Below, piece by piece: positions 9,400 to 17,722 of a DNA stretch of 64,000 nucleotides. The position numbers and the translations under genes were made by a program. The stretch comes from a candidate division WOR-3 bacterium. Its GTDB lineage: Bacteria > Hydrothermota > Tepidihabitantia > B3-TA06. Within the stretch, counting starts at the first letter, position 1; each line of letters begins with the position of its first letter. The stretch lies in assembly GCA_965649265.1 (NCBI GenBank), contig CBFGKC010000006.1:122883-186882 (forward strand), given 5' to 3'. A model generated the notes under the pieces. That model was not told the DNA's origin. It saw nothing but the letters and a program-made list of their open reading frames with translations, and made no database searches.

Positions 9400-9957
9400 T
9401 CAATCTTTTTCTGTCGAATCGGGTTCAGAAATCACAAGCTGCAGCCCTTCAACATTTATGCCTGCCTGCGGGGTGTAGAATGTGATGTAAACCCGGGTGG
9501 TTTCGGGTCCAAGCCCGGTGACGCACAGACGGCCTTCAACTGTCTCGAGCGTGTCCGAAAACTTGCCGTCGACCGCACGGAGAGGGACAATAACCGTATC
9601 GCCGCCAATTCTTGCATCCGCTCCGGAGATTATATTGCCTTCAAGTTTCGAATCGTAGACCCTTGCGGTCGCTCTCACCGTAACCGAGTCGGCGCCATTT
9701 GTGGGGTTAGGCGTAATAGCAGCCTCAGTGATTATTACCGGTTCAATGACGACCGGATCATAACAGGTCGCATACCCCCTGGTCTCTTGGGCCGAGAGCC
9801 AGCCTAGTAAGCCCAGGATGAAACCCAGAATGTAGATTTTTGCAAATCTCGCGAATCCCTTAAGAACCCCTTCCTCCTCCCACCTTGAGAGAAGCGGGAA
9901 GAGTTTTGCTCCAACATTGCTTACAAACGCCGCGAGCGAGCTGCGAGCTTTGGCCAT
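9400..9957 (-). CDS. CY-motif array paralog 10 (SPase I type)
   Basis: Leader, LSA/Q, YATCYDP, TPNPTNGADSV, DGKFSDTLE; SD AAGGAGG. Confidence 0.88.
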   Translation of the reverse strand: MAKARSSLAAFVSNVGAKLFPLLSRWEEEGVLKGFARFAKIYILGFILGLLGWLSAQETRGYATCYDPVVIEPVIITEAAITPNPTNGADSVTVRATARVYDSKLEGNIISGADARIGGDTVIVPLRAVDGKFSDTLETVEGRLCVTGLGPETTRVYITFYTPQAGINVEGLQLVISEPDSTEKD

Positions 9958-10021
9958 AAAATTCCTCCTTGACTGCGACTACTCCTGTTATACAGTTGCA
10001 GGTGCAATAAATTCCCTTAAC

Positions 10022-10561
10022 CTATTCGGTTATCTCGATATCTGAGCTGTCTTCGATTACCTTGTTCTTGCTTGTAGATATTCTGACATGGACTTTTGCG
10101 TTTGCGGTATCGATACCCCTGATGCTTAACTTCGCCGAGATTTCCTCGTATGAACCGTCAAAAGCACTATCCGCAGCCAGCATCTCCACCGTGTCGGAAT
10201 TTGCACCTTTCCCGGTAATGAAACACTGTGCCGATTTTACATAATTGTCCTTGGAGCCTGGGATTATATTGGCTCTGGCTTTGACCATAACCGAGTCGGC
10301 TCCAGCCGTAGGATCAGGCAAAACCTCGATATTATGAATGGGGGGAGGTACAGGCTCGTAGCACGTGACCGGGCAGCAGGCGGTCGAGCCGGCCGCTCCG
10401 GAAAGACCTAATCCTGAAACGAGTGCACTCAGGAATGAAAGCTTCATCCACCTTGCAAGCTTGGGTAGTACCCTGCGTTCCTCGCATCTTGAGTAGAAGT
10501 CAAAAAGCGCAAAACCGGCTTTCCTGAGAATCTCGAAAACAATGTGTCTTGCCTGAGCCAT
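10022..10561 (-). CDS. CY-motif array paralog 9
   Basis: Start moved to MAQARH (10561) by alignment with paralogs. STACCPVTCYEP, PDPTAGADSV. Confidence 0.85.
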   Translation of the reverse strand: MAQARHIVFEILRKAGFALFDFYSRCEERRVLPKLARWMKLSFLSALVSGLGLSGAAGSTACCPVTCYEPVPPPIHNIEVLPDPTAGADSVMVKARANIIPGSKDNYVKSAQCFITGKGANSDTVEMLAADSAFDGSYEEISAKLSIRGIDTANAKVHVRISTSKNKVIEDSSDIEITE

Positions 10562-10568
10562 GATACTG

Positions 10569-11108
10569 CTATTCTGATTCCGTGATGTACAAATCCACTG
10601 TCGTGTAATCTCGCTCCCCTTTATTGGAGGTGGCCTCAATGTTTACACTGCAGGTATCGCCTGCGGCAAGATTGCCTACGTATAATCGAGCTTCTACGTC
10701 TTTCATTCCGTATGGATCGGTTTTCGTGACAATCATCGTTATGGTGTCGTCATTAAGAACACATATCACCTTATCCACATAATCTTCTTCTATGCTTACT
10801 CCATTGGGGACATTTGCGCTCGCTTCAACGGTTACTGAATCTGAGCCTGACGTCGGATTAGGGGTTATTGAGCAGGTTGCGATTTGAGGTTTCGGGTACT
10901 CCATCGGTGCGTAACACGTTATGCAGTTGAGCATGCTGGCCGCACTCAATGCGGTAATTCCTGTCACGAAGGCTCCGAGGAAGGTCGTTTTTACCCACCT
11001 GGAAGCCCTTGGCAGTATCCCGCAATCCTCACAGTGGGAGAAGAAGTTGAAGAGTGATGTTCCCATTCTCCTCAAGGTTTCAAAGAAGAGGTAGCGGCTA
11101 CTGGCCAT
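10569..11108 (-). CDS. CY-motif array paralog 8
   Basis: Leader, SMLNCITCYAP, TPNPTSGSDSV. Confidence 0.87.
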   Translation of the reverse strand: MASSRYLFFETLRRMGTSLFNFFSHCEDCGILPRASRWVKTTFLGAFVTGITALSAASMLNCITCYAPMEYPKPQIATCSITPNPTSGSDSVTVEASANVPNGVSIEEDYVDKVICVLNDDTITMIVTKTDPYGMKDVEARLYVGNLAAGDTCSVNIEATSNKGERDYTTVDLYITESE

Positions 11109-11123
11109 TGTGCCTCCGGTGAT

Positions 11124-11639
11124 TTATTCAGTTATCTCGAGGTCGATTGTTGTATCCGCTCGCTGGTCTTCATTGTCGTATTCTGTGATTTGTATGGTTA
11201 CTGTATCGGGCTCGAGGTCTCCTATATACAACTTCGCGTTCACGGCATATTCATTCGTGTAGTCTCCAGGCTCTATCTTCATGACGGTGGTGTCATTCTC
11301 GAGGATACATATCACCTTTTTCAATTCAATCCCGTTATCGGCAATTGCCTTGGCGGAAACGCTAACAGTGTCGGCCCCTGCCGTAGGATTTGGTGCCACG
11401 GAGGCGTTTTCGATTCGAGGTGATTCAATTGGCAAGTAGCAGCCGGTGGGGATACAGTTGATCATGCTGGCCGCGCTCAACGCGGTAATTCCTGTCACGA
11501 AGGCTCCGAGGAAGGTCGTTTTTACCCACCTGGAAGCCCTTGGCAGTACCCCGCATTCCTCACAGCGAGAGAAGAAGTTAAAGAGTGAGGTGCCTATCCT
11601 CCTCAAGGATTCAAAGAAAAAAAACTTTGTTCTAGCCAT
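11124..11639 (-). CDS. CY-motif array paralog 7
   Basis: Start moved to MARTK (11639, SD AAGGAGG). SMINCIPTGCYLP, APNPTAGADTV. Confidence 0.87.
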   Translation of the reverse strand: MARTKFFFFESLRRIGTSLFNFFSRCEECGVLPRASRWVKTTFLGAFVTGITALSAASMINCIPTGCYLPIESPRIENASVAPNPTAGADTVSVSAKAIADNGIELKKVICILENDTTVMKIEPGDYTNEYAVNAKLYIGDLEPDTVTIQITEYDNEDQRADTTIDLEITE

Positions 11640-11661
11640 GGTTCCTCCTTTCACTGTATTA

Positions 11662-11689
11662 AATATAATCAACTTGCTCGGATTGTCAA
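11662..11689 (-). promoter_or_regulatory. Internal sigma70-like promoter TTGACA-16-TATATT
   Basis: Lies in the 82-bp gap upstream of paralog 7. Same hexamers and spacing as the array head promoter. Confidence 0.6.
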
Positions 11690-11721
11690 TCCATGAAAAT
11701 CACCTGAAATCCTGGCAGGTG

Positions 11722-12249
11722 TTATTTATCAGTAACGCGGAGAACGGTCGAGCCTATGCCCCAGCCTGAGGTTTTTGAATCGACTTTTACAAAGACCTGA
11801 GTGCTGTCCGTTTTGATTTTCTTCACGTATATGCGCCCGATGAGTTCCTCATTATTCTCGTCGAATGCGCCGTCCCTCGCTATCATCCGGATGGTGTCTC
11901 CATCGACTATGCACTGGGCTGAGGCTATTATTTCGAGATCGCTTGCGTTTTCAAGTCTGGCTTTGGCGGTAACGGTCACCGAGTCGGCGCCTTTCGTCGG
12001 GTTAGGCTTGACTACTATCTCCGAAACCCTGGGATATACGGCCACAGGTTCGTAGCAGGTCACGAGCCCCTGATCCAGCGGAGGTTTTTTGGCGCATGCC
12101 GCAATGATGGTCAGCCACGCTCCAGCAAGCGCGAGCTTGAGCCAGCGTGATATCCTTGGCAGAGCGCTTCGTTCCTCACACCCGGTCAGAATGGAGAACA
12201 GTGCCGAGCCTGTTCTCCTCAAAAACCTTGACAGTAACTCTCGCTTCAT
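11722..12249 (-). CDS. CY-motif array paralog 6 (lipoprotein type)
   Basis: Leader, lipobox IAAC, LVTCYEP, KPNPTKGADSV, DGAFDE..E. Confidence 0.88.
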   Translation of the reverse strand: MKRELLSRFLRRTGSALFSILTGCEERSALPRISRWLKLALAGAWLTIIAACAKKPPLDQGLVTCYEPVAVYPRVSEIVVKPNPTKGADSVTVTAKARLENASDLEIIASAQCIVDGDTIRMIARDGAFDENNEELIGRIYVKKIKTDSTQVFVKVDSKTSGWGIGSTVLRVTDK

Positions 12250-12818
12250 AACGAGTCCTTTTCAGTGATAAATAGCGGTAATGAAACCAGTGCTTCTTCA
12301 CCCTTGGAAGTGGCCGCGTGCACGTAGACGAAGGTGGTCCCGGGTTTAAGACCCGCGACGCTGATGCGTGCCTCAATCATCTCGACGGTATCCGAGAAGC
12401 GGCCGTCCACAGGGTACATCCGGATTTTCCTTGACGTATCAATGGCCATTACGAGCCAAGCATCCGACACGTAATTGTTCTCAAGGCCAGGTTCCAGCAC
12501 CCTTGCGGTGCCCGTTATCTTGACAGTGTGCACGCCCCTTGTCGGGTTCGGGCTTGCCTGAACTACTGAGATTTCGGGATCCATCCTTCTCATCATGTAA
12601 CATGTGTGGACAGGACCGTCGCCGTCTCCTCCTGGTCCGGGTCTTGCCTTTTTCCCGCACGAGGCTATCAGGGCGACAACGAGCCCGAGTAGCGAAACCT
12701 TCAAAAAGCGCGCGGTCTTTGAAAATATTGGAGTATCCTGGCATCTCGATAGCGCATTAAACACCAGATTACCTGCATTTCTGAGAACTGCAATCAAGCT
12801 CTTTCTCATCTTTGCCAT
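12246..12818 (-). CDS. CY-motif array paralog 5 (lipoprotein type)
   Basis: Leader, lipobox IASC, Gly/Pro linker, VHTCYMM, SPNPTRG, DGRFSDTVE. Confidence 0.88.
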   Translation of the reverse strand: MAKMRKSLIAVLRNAGNLVFNALSRCQDTPIFSKTARFLKVSLLGLVVALIASCGKKARPGPGGDGDGPVHTCYMMRRMDPEISVVQASPNPTRGVHTVKITGTARVLEPGLENNYVSDAWLVMAIDTSRKIRMYPVDGRFSDTVEMIEARISVAGLKPGTTFVYVHAATSKGEEALVSLPLFITEKDSL

Positions 12819-12837
12819 TCTGCCTCTCCTATCTCGT

Positions 12838-13380
12838 TTAATCTGGTTCAGTAATCACCAGTTCTAAAGATTCAATTTCAATTTGACCGGAAGAATTTTC
12901 TACCTCTAAGTATATCCATGTCGTTTCCGGCTCAAGGTCTCCAACGTAAAGTCGGCCGACTATTCTCTCCGAAGCGGCGTCGAATTTCCCGTCAATCGCC
13001 CGCATGGGGTAATATATTGTATCTCCATCCATTCTCATGCGGGCTGAGCTTATCGTGCTTTCGCCGCTGTAGTGATCGCTAATCTTTGCCGTGGCCTTGA
13101 CGGTTACCGAATCGGCGCCCCTTGTAGGGTTAGGCCTTACGGAAAGTTTGGATAGTTCTATGAGGGGAGGGGGGGCGGGCTTGTAGCACATTATGACGTC
13201 TTCCTTTGCTTCGAGCGAGAGAGCGCTCACGAGTGCCACGAAAAATCCGAGGAATGTGAGCTTCAACCATCTTGCCGCCCCGGGGAGGATGCGGCGTTCC
13301 TCGAATCCGGAAAACGTTCCGAAAAGCCTTCCGCCAATCCTTGCAAAAAAGTCTGCCAGGCGTTTTCTGAGTTCAGGCAT
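12838..13380 (-). CDS. CY-motif array paralog 4 (SPase I type)
   Basis: Leader, LEA/K, VIMCYKP, RPNPTRGADSV, DGKFD...E. Confidence 0.88.
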   Translation of the reverse strand: MPELRKRLADFFARIGGRLFGTFSGFEERRILPGAARWLKLTFLGFFVALVSALSLEAKEDVIMCYKPAPPPLIELSKLSVRPNPTRGADSVTVKATAKISDHYSGESTISSARMRMDGDTIYYPMRAIDGKFDAASERIVGRLYVGDLEPETTWIYLEVENSSGQIEIESLELVITEPD

Positions 13381-13381
13381 A

Positions 13382-13951
13382 TCAATCCTCCTTATTCTCG
13401 TTGCTGTCCGCTTCCGGTGCGGTGATGATTAATTGCCTCCAGGTGCTTTCCGCGTTGCCTGAGTTTGTCCTCACCACTATGTAAATCCAGGTGGTCTCCG
13501 GCTTGTGATCCCCGACGTAGAGACGGCCTTCGACTGTTTCAAGGGTATCGCCGAACTTACCGTCAACCGCTTTCATCGGATATAAAAGGGTATCTCCGGT
13601 AAGCTGCATAATTGCTTCGGAAACAGCGGTGTCACCTGAGCAATAATATGCAGATTCCAATTTTGCGGTTGCCTTGACTGTAACGGTGTCTTTTCCTGCA
13701 GTGGGGTTCGGTGTTGCCGAGACATCGAAGATACTTAAGTGAGGTTCCTCAATAGGCACGTAGCACATGATGATATCGTCGTCCGCCTTGAGCGCTGGCG
13801 CGCCCAGCAGGGTTACCAGCAATCCCAGAACCGAAAGCTTTAGCCATCTTGCCGGTCTGCGTAGGATACCGCGTTCCTCCAATCCGGACAGTATCCCGAA
13901 TAAGGAGCCGCCTATCCGTGAAGAGATGCGGGCCAGTAAGCCTTTTGTCAT
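13382..13951 (-). CDS. CY-motif array paralog 3 (SPase I type)
   Basis: Leader, LKA/D, IIMCYVP, TPNPTAGKDTV, DGKFGDTLE. Confidence 0.88.
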   Translation of the reverse strand: MTKGLLARISSRIGGSLFGILSGLEERGILRRPARWLKLSVLGLLVTLLGAPALKADDDIIMCYVPIEEPHLSIFDVSATPNPTAGKDTVTVKATAKLESAYYCSGDTAVSEAIMQLTGDTLLYPMKAVDGKFGDTLETVEGRLYVGDHKPETTWIYIVVRTNSGNAESTWRQLIITAPEADSNENKED

Positions 13952-14527
13952 CTACTCCTCCCTGGCAGCGCTCGAATCAGCTGCGAGCGAATCAATCCTT
14001 GTTACGGTGTAGGACTGCCAAAGAATCTCTTCATCTTCTCTGGAACTCGTCACGTCTATAAAGAACCAGTGGGTGCCGGTATCCAGGTCGCCTGTGTAAA
14101 ACATGGCCTCAAGAACCTCAAGAGTGTCGTTAAGCTTGCCGTCCACGGCCTTCATGGGAATCCTCAGGGTGTCACGCTGCCTGGAAAGCCAGGCGTTTCG
14201 GATGTAATTGTTCTCAAGGGTCGGGTCCAGAACTTTTGCAGTTACCTTTACTTTTACCGAGTCCGCTCCTCGAGTCGGATTTGGTGTGATGGACACATCC
14301 GAAATCTTTACCTCCGGCATCCTCATGGCTACGTAACAGGTCTTAATTGTTTCTACCTCGGCGGAAAGTGCTCCGATGGCTGCGGTAAGAAATCCAAGCA
14401 GTGAGAGCTTTAACCAGCGCGAAGCGCTGGGCACAATCCCGCGCTCTTCGAATCGCGACAGGAGTGAAAAGAGACCTCCTCCCAGCACTTCAAGAATCCT
14501 TACGACGAACCCTTTCGTTCTCGCCAC
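13952..14527 (-). CDS. CY-motif array paralog 2 (SPase I type)
   Basis: Start moved to GTG 14527 (VARTKG), just after the upstream stop. LSA/E, IKTCYVA, TPNPTRGADSV. Confidence 0.86.
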   Translation of the reverse strand: MARTKGFVVRILEVLGGGLFSLLSRFEERGIVPSASRWLKLSLLGFLTAAIGALSAEVETIKTCYVAMRMPEVKISDVSITPNPTRGADSVKVKVTAKVLDPTLENNYIRNAWLSRQRDTLRIPMKAVDGKLNDTLEVLEAMFYTGDLDTGTHWFFIDVTSSREDEEILWQSYTVTRIDSLAADSSAAREE

Positions 14528-14528
14528 G

Positions 14529-15101
14529 TCACTCCACCTTTGTCGAATCAGTCCTGATAGAATCAGGCTCCGAGACTTCAAAATAAAACCAGCTCGCTTC
14601 CAGTGCATCCTGGGATGTCTGGACGAGCATTGAGATCGAGTACTGGCCCGGTTCAAGATTTCCAACGTAAACCGTACCCTCGAGCACCTCGAGCGTGTCG
14701 TCCATCTTGCCGTCAAGTGCTTTGACCTTGAACCTCGTCGTATCACCGTCCCAGGAGAGCCAGGCGTCCTTTATGAAGTTATCCTTGATATTCGAGTACA
14801 TCACCTTGGCCTGGGCCTTCACTTTCACCGAATCCGCTCCCTTCGTGGTATCAGGGGTTACGGACTTCTCTGTTATGATGACGTCGGGAATCCTCGCGAC
14901 GATGTAGCAGGTGACTTCCGGATCCCTGGCTTGAAGTGAGAGTGTCGCGACTAGCGAGGCTATGATTCCCAGGGTCGAGATCTTTATCCATCTCGCGGCA
15001 CGCGGCATGACGCCTTTTTCTTCTATCATTGTCAGAAAATGGAAAATTGCATCTCCCAGTTTCCCTAACAGCCTGGATAAGAGGTTGCGTGTCTTGGCCA
15101 T
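14529..15101 (-). CDS. CY-motif array paralog 1 (SPase I type)
   Basis: Start moved to MAKTRN (15101, SD AAGGAG). LQA/R, EVTCYIV, TPDTTKGADSV, DGKMDDTLE. Confidence 0.86.
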   Translation of the reverse strand: MAKTRNLLSRLLGKLGDAIFHFLTMIEEKGVMPRAARWIKISTLGIIASLVATLSLQARDPEVTCYIVARIPDVIITEKSVTPDTTKGADSVKVKAQAKVMYSNIKDNFIKDAWLSWDGDTTRFKVKALDGKMDDTLEVLEGTVYVGNLEPGQYSISMLVQTSQDALEASWFYFEVSEPDSIRTDSTKVE

Positions 15102-15151
15102 CGTCGCTCCTTTAATTCTCAATACAAGAAAACATCTCAAATATTCCCCAC

Positions 15152-15179
15152 AATATAAGCCCCAAAAGACAGGTGTCAA
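15152..15179 (-). promoter_or_regulatory. Array head promoter TTGACA-16-TATATT
   Basis: Hexamers read directly about 50 nt upstream of the first array gene. Confidence 0.65.
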
Positions 15180-15203
15180 GCATATCTTACGGGCGGATAC
15201 TCA

Positions 15204-15232
15204 TTGACAAAGATGCAGCATTTCTCTATAAT
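15204..15232 (+). promoter_or_regulatory. Consensus sigma70 promoter TTGACA-17-TATAAT, divergent from the array
   Basis: Perfect hexamers upstream of the 15317 CDS. Confidence 0.75.
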
Positions 15233-15316
15233 AAAACATGGGAAAGAACAGGGAGTTTCCAATGAAAAAAAAAAGGTTTGTGATAGTTCCGAGTCATTTT
15301 ACAGGGAGAGATTGAG

Positions 15317-16639
15317 ATGCATCCATTTCTGGTTTTCTGTTGTTGTTTGATTTCATCTTTGACTTGGAATAGACATTATGATTTTCGGTTTAGTGACCAC
15401 TGTAGCGCGCTTGTGCCGGTAGAGGACGGTTACGTGATTACGGGTAACACTATGCGGTATCTATTCGTGCAGAAGGTCGATACTCTGGGAAATCAAGTCG
15501 GTTACAAAGAGTGGTATAAGGCCGAAGGTTATGACATAGAGAGAATGTCTGATGGTTATATTATTCTTGCGTACAAAGACGAATCTCCCAGGCACGGGAT
15601 TTGGTTGGTAAGAACAGATAGCGATTTTGACACACTTTGGAGTAGAAGCTATGGATATAATAATGGAATTATGGCAAAATCTCACTCATTTGATTTAACA
15701 GATGACAGTGGTTTAGTGATGGTCGGTGAGTGCGGCACGGGTCTTATTGTCTTTAAAACCGATAGTCTTGGTGATAGCTCCTGGGTAAAAAAATATTTTC
15801 AGTCTGTCTCGATGCGCGCTGGGAATTTTATTGAAGAAACATCTGATCAAGGTTTTATTGTTACGGGAGTTTGTGAGGAACGTTTTTTTGCACTGAAATT
15901 GGATGAGAATGGGGATTCCTTATGGTGTAAGAAATATTTTGAGGAAAAAACAGGTGAAGGTCTTTGTATAAGAGAAACCTCCGACAAAGGCTTTATAGTA
16001 TTGGCTAGGATAAGGTATGGTAGTTCGGATTCCTTGCTTCTCATCAAGACGGATTCTTTTGGAAACGCTTTGTGGGTGAGAAAATTCAATTCGATGTCTC
16101 ATTGGACTAGAACATGTTATATTGAGGTTCTGGATGATGGTTATGTTATGATTTCAGGGTCACAAGAAGGTCCATTAGTCAGGAAATTTGACGAGTCTGG
16201 GAATGTCCTTTGGACAAAGACCTACAATCGTAATTTCGGTTATTTTTCCGGATTTGAAGGCACATGTATTCATTACACATCGGATAAAGGTTTTATTATT
16301 GGCACCGCTTTGGATATATCTCCATACGGATCAGACCTCTGGCTGGTGAAAACCGACAGCCTAGGAAACACGGTTCCTCTTGAATCCGTGATAGAGCCAA
16401 CGGAGACTGCCGTTAGCGAAGTTCATCTGAGTGTTTTGAATTCAGCTGTTGCATATTCCTTACCTGCTGGCGAGCGTTGTTTGTTGAAAATCTATGATGT
16501 TAGTGGAGTATTGAAAAAAGGAGAAATTGTTTGTGGCCGCGGAGAGATGCGACTAAAAGAATTCCCTGTAGGGGTTTATTTCGCTGAGTTACAGTTCATG
16601 CGAAGTGCTGAAATCAAAAAGGTATTAGTTTTTCCCTAG
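15317..16639 (+). CDS. Exported beta-propeller repeat protein with C-terminal sorting-like domain (same family as 3824-5161)
   Basis: ETSD.GFI...KTDS.G...W repeats; IYDVSG...GVYF C-terminus; AT-richer than its flanks. Confidence 0.8.
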   Translation: MHPFLVFCCCLISSLTWNRHYDFRFSDHCSALVPVEDGYVITGNTMRYLFVQKVDTLGNQVGYKEWYKAEGYDIERMSDGYIILAYKDESPRHGIWLVRTDSDFDTLWSRSYGYNNGIMAKSHSFDLTDDSGLVMVGECGTGLIVFKTDSLGDSSWVKKYFQSVSMRAGNFIEETSDQGFIVTGVCEERFFALKLDENGDSLWCKKYFEEKTGEGLCIRETSDKGFIVLARIRYGSSDSLLLIKTDSFGNALWVRKFNSMSHWTRTCYIEVLDDGYVMISGSQEGPLVRKFDESGNVLWTKTYNRNFGYFSGFEGTCIHYTSDKGFIIGTALDISPYGSDLWLVKTDSLGNTVPLESVIEPTETAVSEVHLSVLNSAVAYSLPAGERCLLKIYDVSGVLKKGEIVCGRGEMRLKEFPVGVYFAELQFMRSAEIKKVLVFP

Positions 16640-16689
16640 TCGAAAATAGTTTTCGTTGACTAACTCTTTTGTTCAAGTACAATCCCCGC

Positions 16690-17109
16690 GTGAAGCAGCT
16701 CTTATCGGACTGGCGGGTGCTTTCGGCGATCGCGATACTCGGATGGGGGACCTGGGGCATACTCTCAAAGATTGCCCTGAAACAGGTTGACTGGCGGGTC
16801 ATGATGCTGATTACGTCCGTAGCCGCCCTTCCTCTGGCTTTCATACTCGGGATTCCGAATTTCGACTGGAAGTTTAACCGCTACATCCTTCTCGCTTTTT
16901 TTGCAGGAATCGGAGCCGAGGTCGCGACGCTCTCCTTCAACCGCGCGATTCAAAAGGGCGGACCCGCGAACGTCGTGGTCCCACTCACCTCACAGTACGT
17001 GCTCGTCATAGTGCTTTTTTCGACCATTTTCCTAAAAGAGCCTATAACGTGGCAGAGAATCGTCGGCATCGTTGCCGCGCTCATAGCAATTGTGATGCTT
17101 TCGCTGTGA
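16690..17109 (+). CDS. EamA/DMT family small membrane transporter
   Basis: About five hydrophobic segments, WG.WG, VVVPLTS.Y, FLKEPIT...IVG. GTG 16690 follows TTGACT-16-TACAAT. Confidence 0.85.
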   Translation: MKQLLSDWRVLSAIAILGWGTWGILSKIALKQVDWRVMMLITSVAALPLAFILGIPNFDWKFNRYILLAFFAGIGAEVATLSFNRAIQKGGPANVVVPLTSQYVLVIVLFSTIFLKEPITWQRIVGIVAALIAIVMLSL

Positions 17110-17414
17110 TATTTTTCCTTATCGAATGAGTGCAAATCGAACCACCTCTTTCGTACTCTCCTTCTTACCCCCGGGATAGTATTGAGGGCGTCATTGCGTT
17201 GTTCACAGGATTACTGATATGGTTTTGCATGCAGAATTGCAAAGAATACTATATTTAAGAAAACACCCGATTTTCAGGCGAAGTTAAAGATACAAATCGA
17301 AAATCATTACGGCGGCGACAATCATTGCGAATCAACGCTATAATCCCTAATGCACAATTGATGAATTTCCTGTGACTTGATACGGTGGCCTTCGGCAAAA
17401 GCCGAAATCTACTG

Positions 17415-17630
17415 TTATTTCCTTGAAGCTTTGTTCAGTTCTTGCAGAACTTTTTCAGGCTCGGCAATATTGTAGCGGTCCATAAGCTCACCAACGGTTC
17501 CCCAGGCTGGTTCGCCGCAAACAAAGCAAGGCATACCAAACGCTATGAAAACCTCGACCGTTTCAGGATATTTCGAAATCACCTCTTCGATGACGGATTC
17601 CCTCGAAATCTCAAAGTCTCCTTTATTCAT
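17415..17630 (-). CDS. DUF1858-like small protein
   Basis: I.EVI..YPET.EVF..FGM.C..C pattern; SD AAGGAG. Confidence 0.8.
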   Translation of the reverse strand: MNKGDFEISRESVIEEVISKYPETVEVFIAFGMPCFVCGEPAWGTVGELMDRYNIAEPEKVLQELNKASRK

Positions 17631-17722
17631 TATAATCTCCTTAAGTTATGTTAGTTATAATAACAAATACTTGACAATTCGGTGATTCTTTAGCATAATT
17701 ATACGGACTATAGGAGGATGCA

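Noticed and set aside
8205-15101. Diversity-generating retroelement or integron cassette array as the origin of the paralogs
   Set aside because: No reverse transcriptase or integrase, no attC-like sites in the very short gaps, and differences are not adenine-specific.
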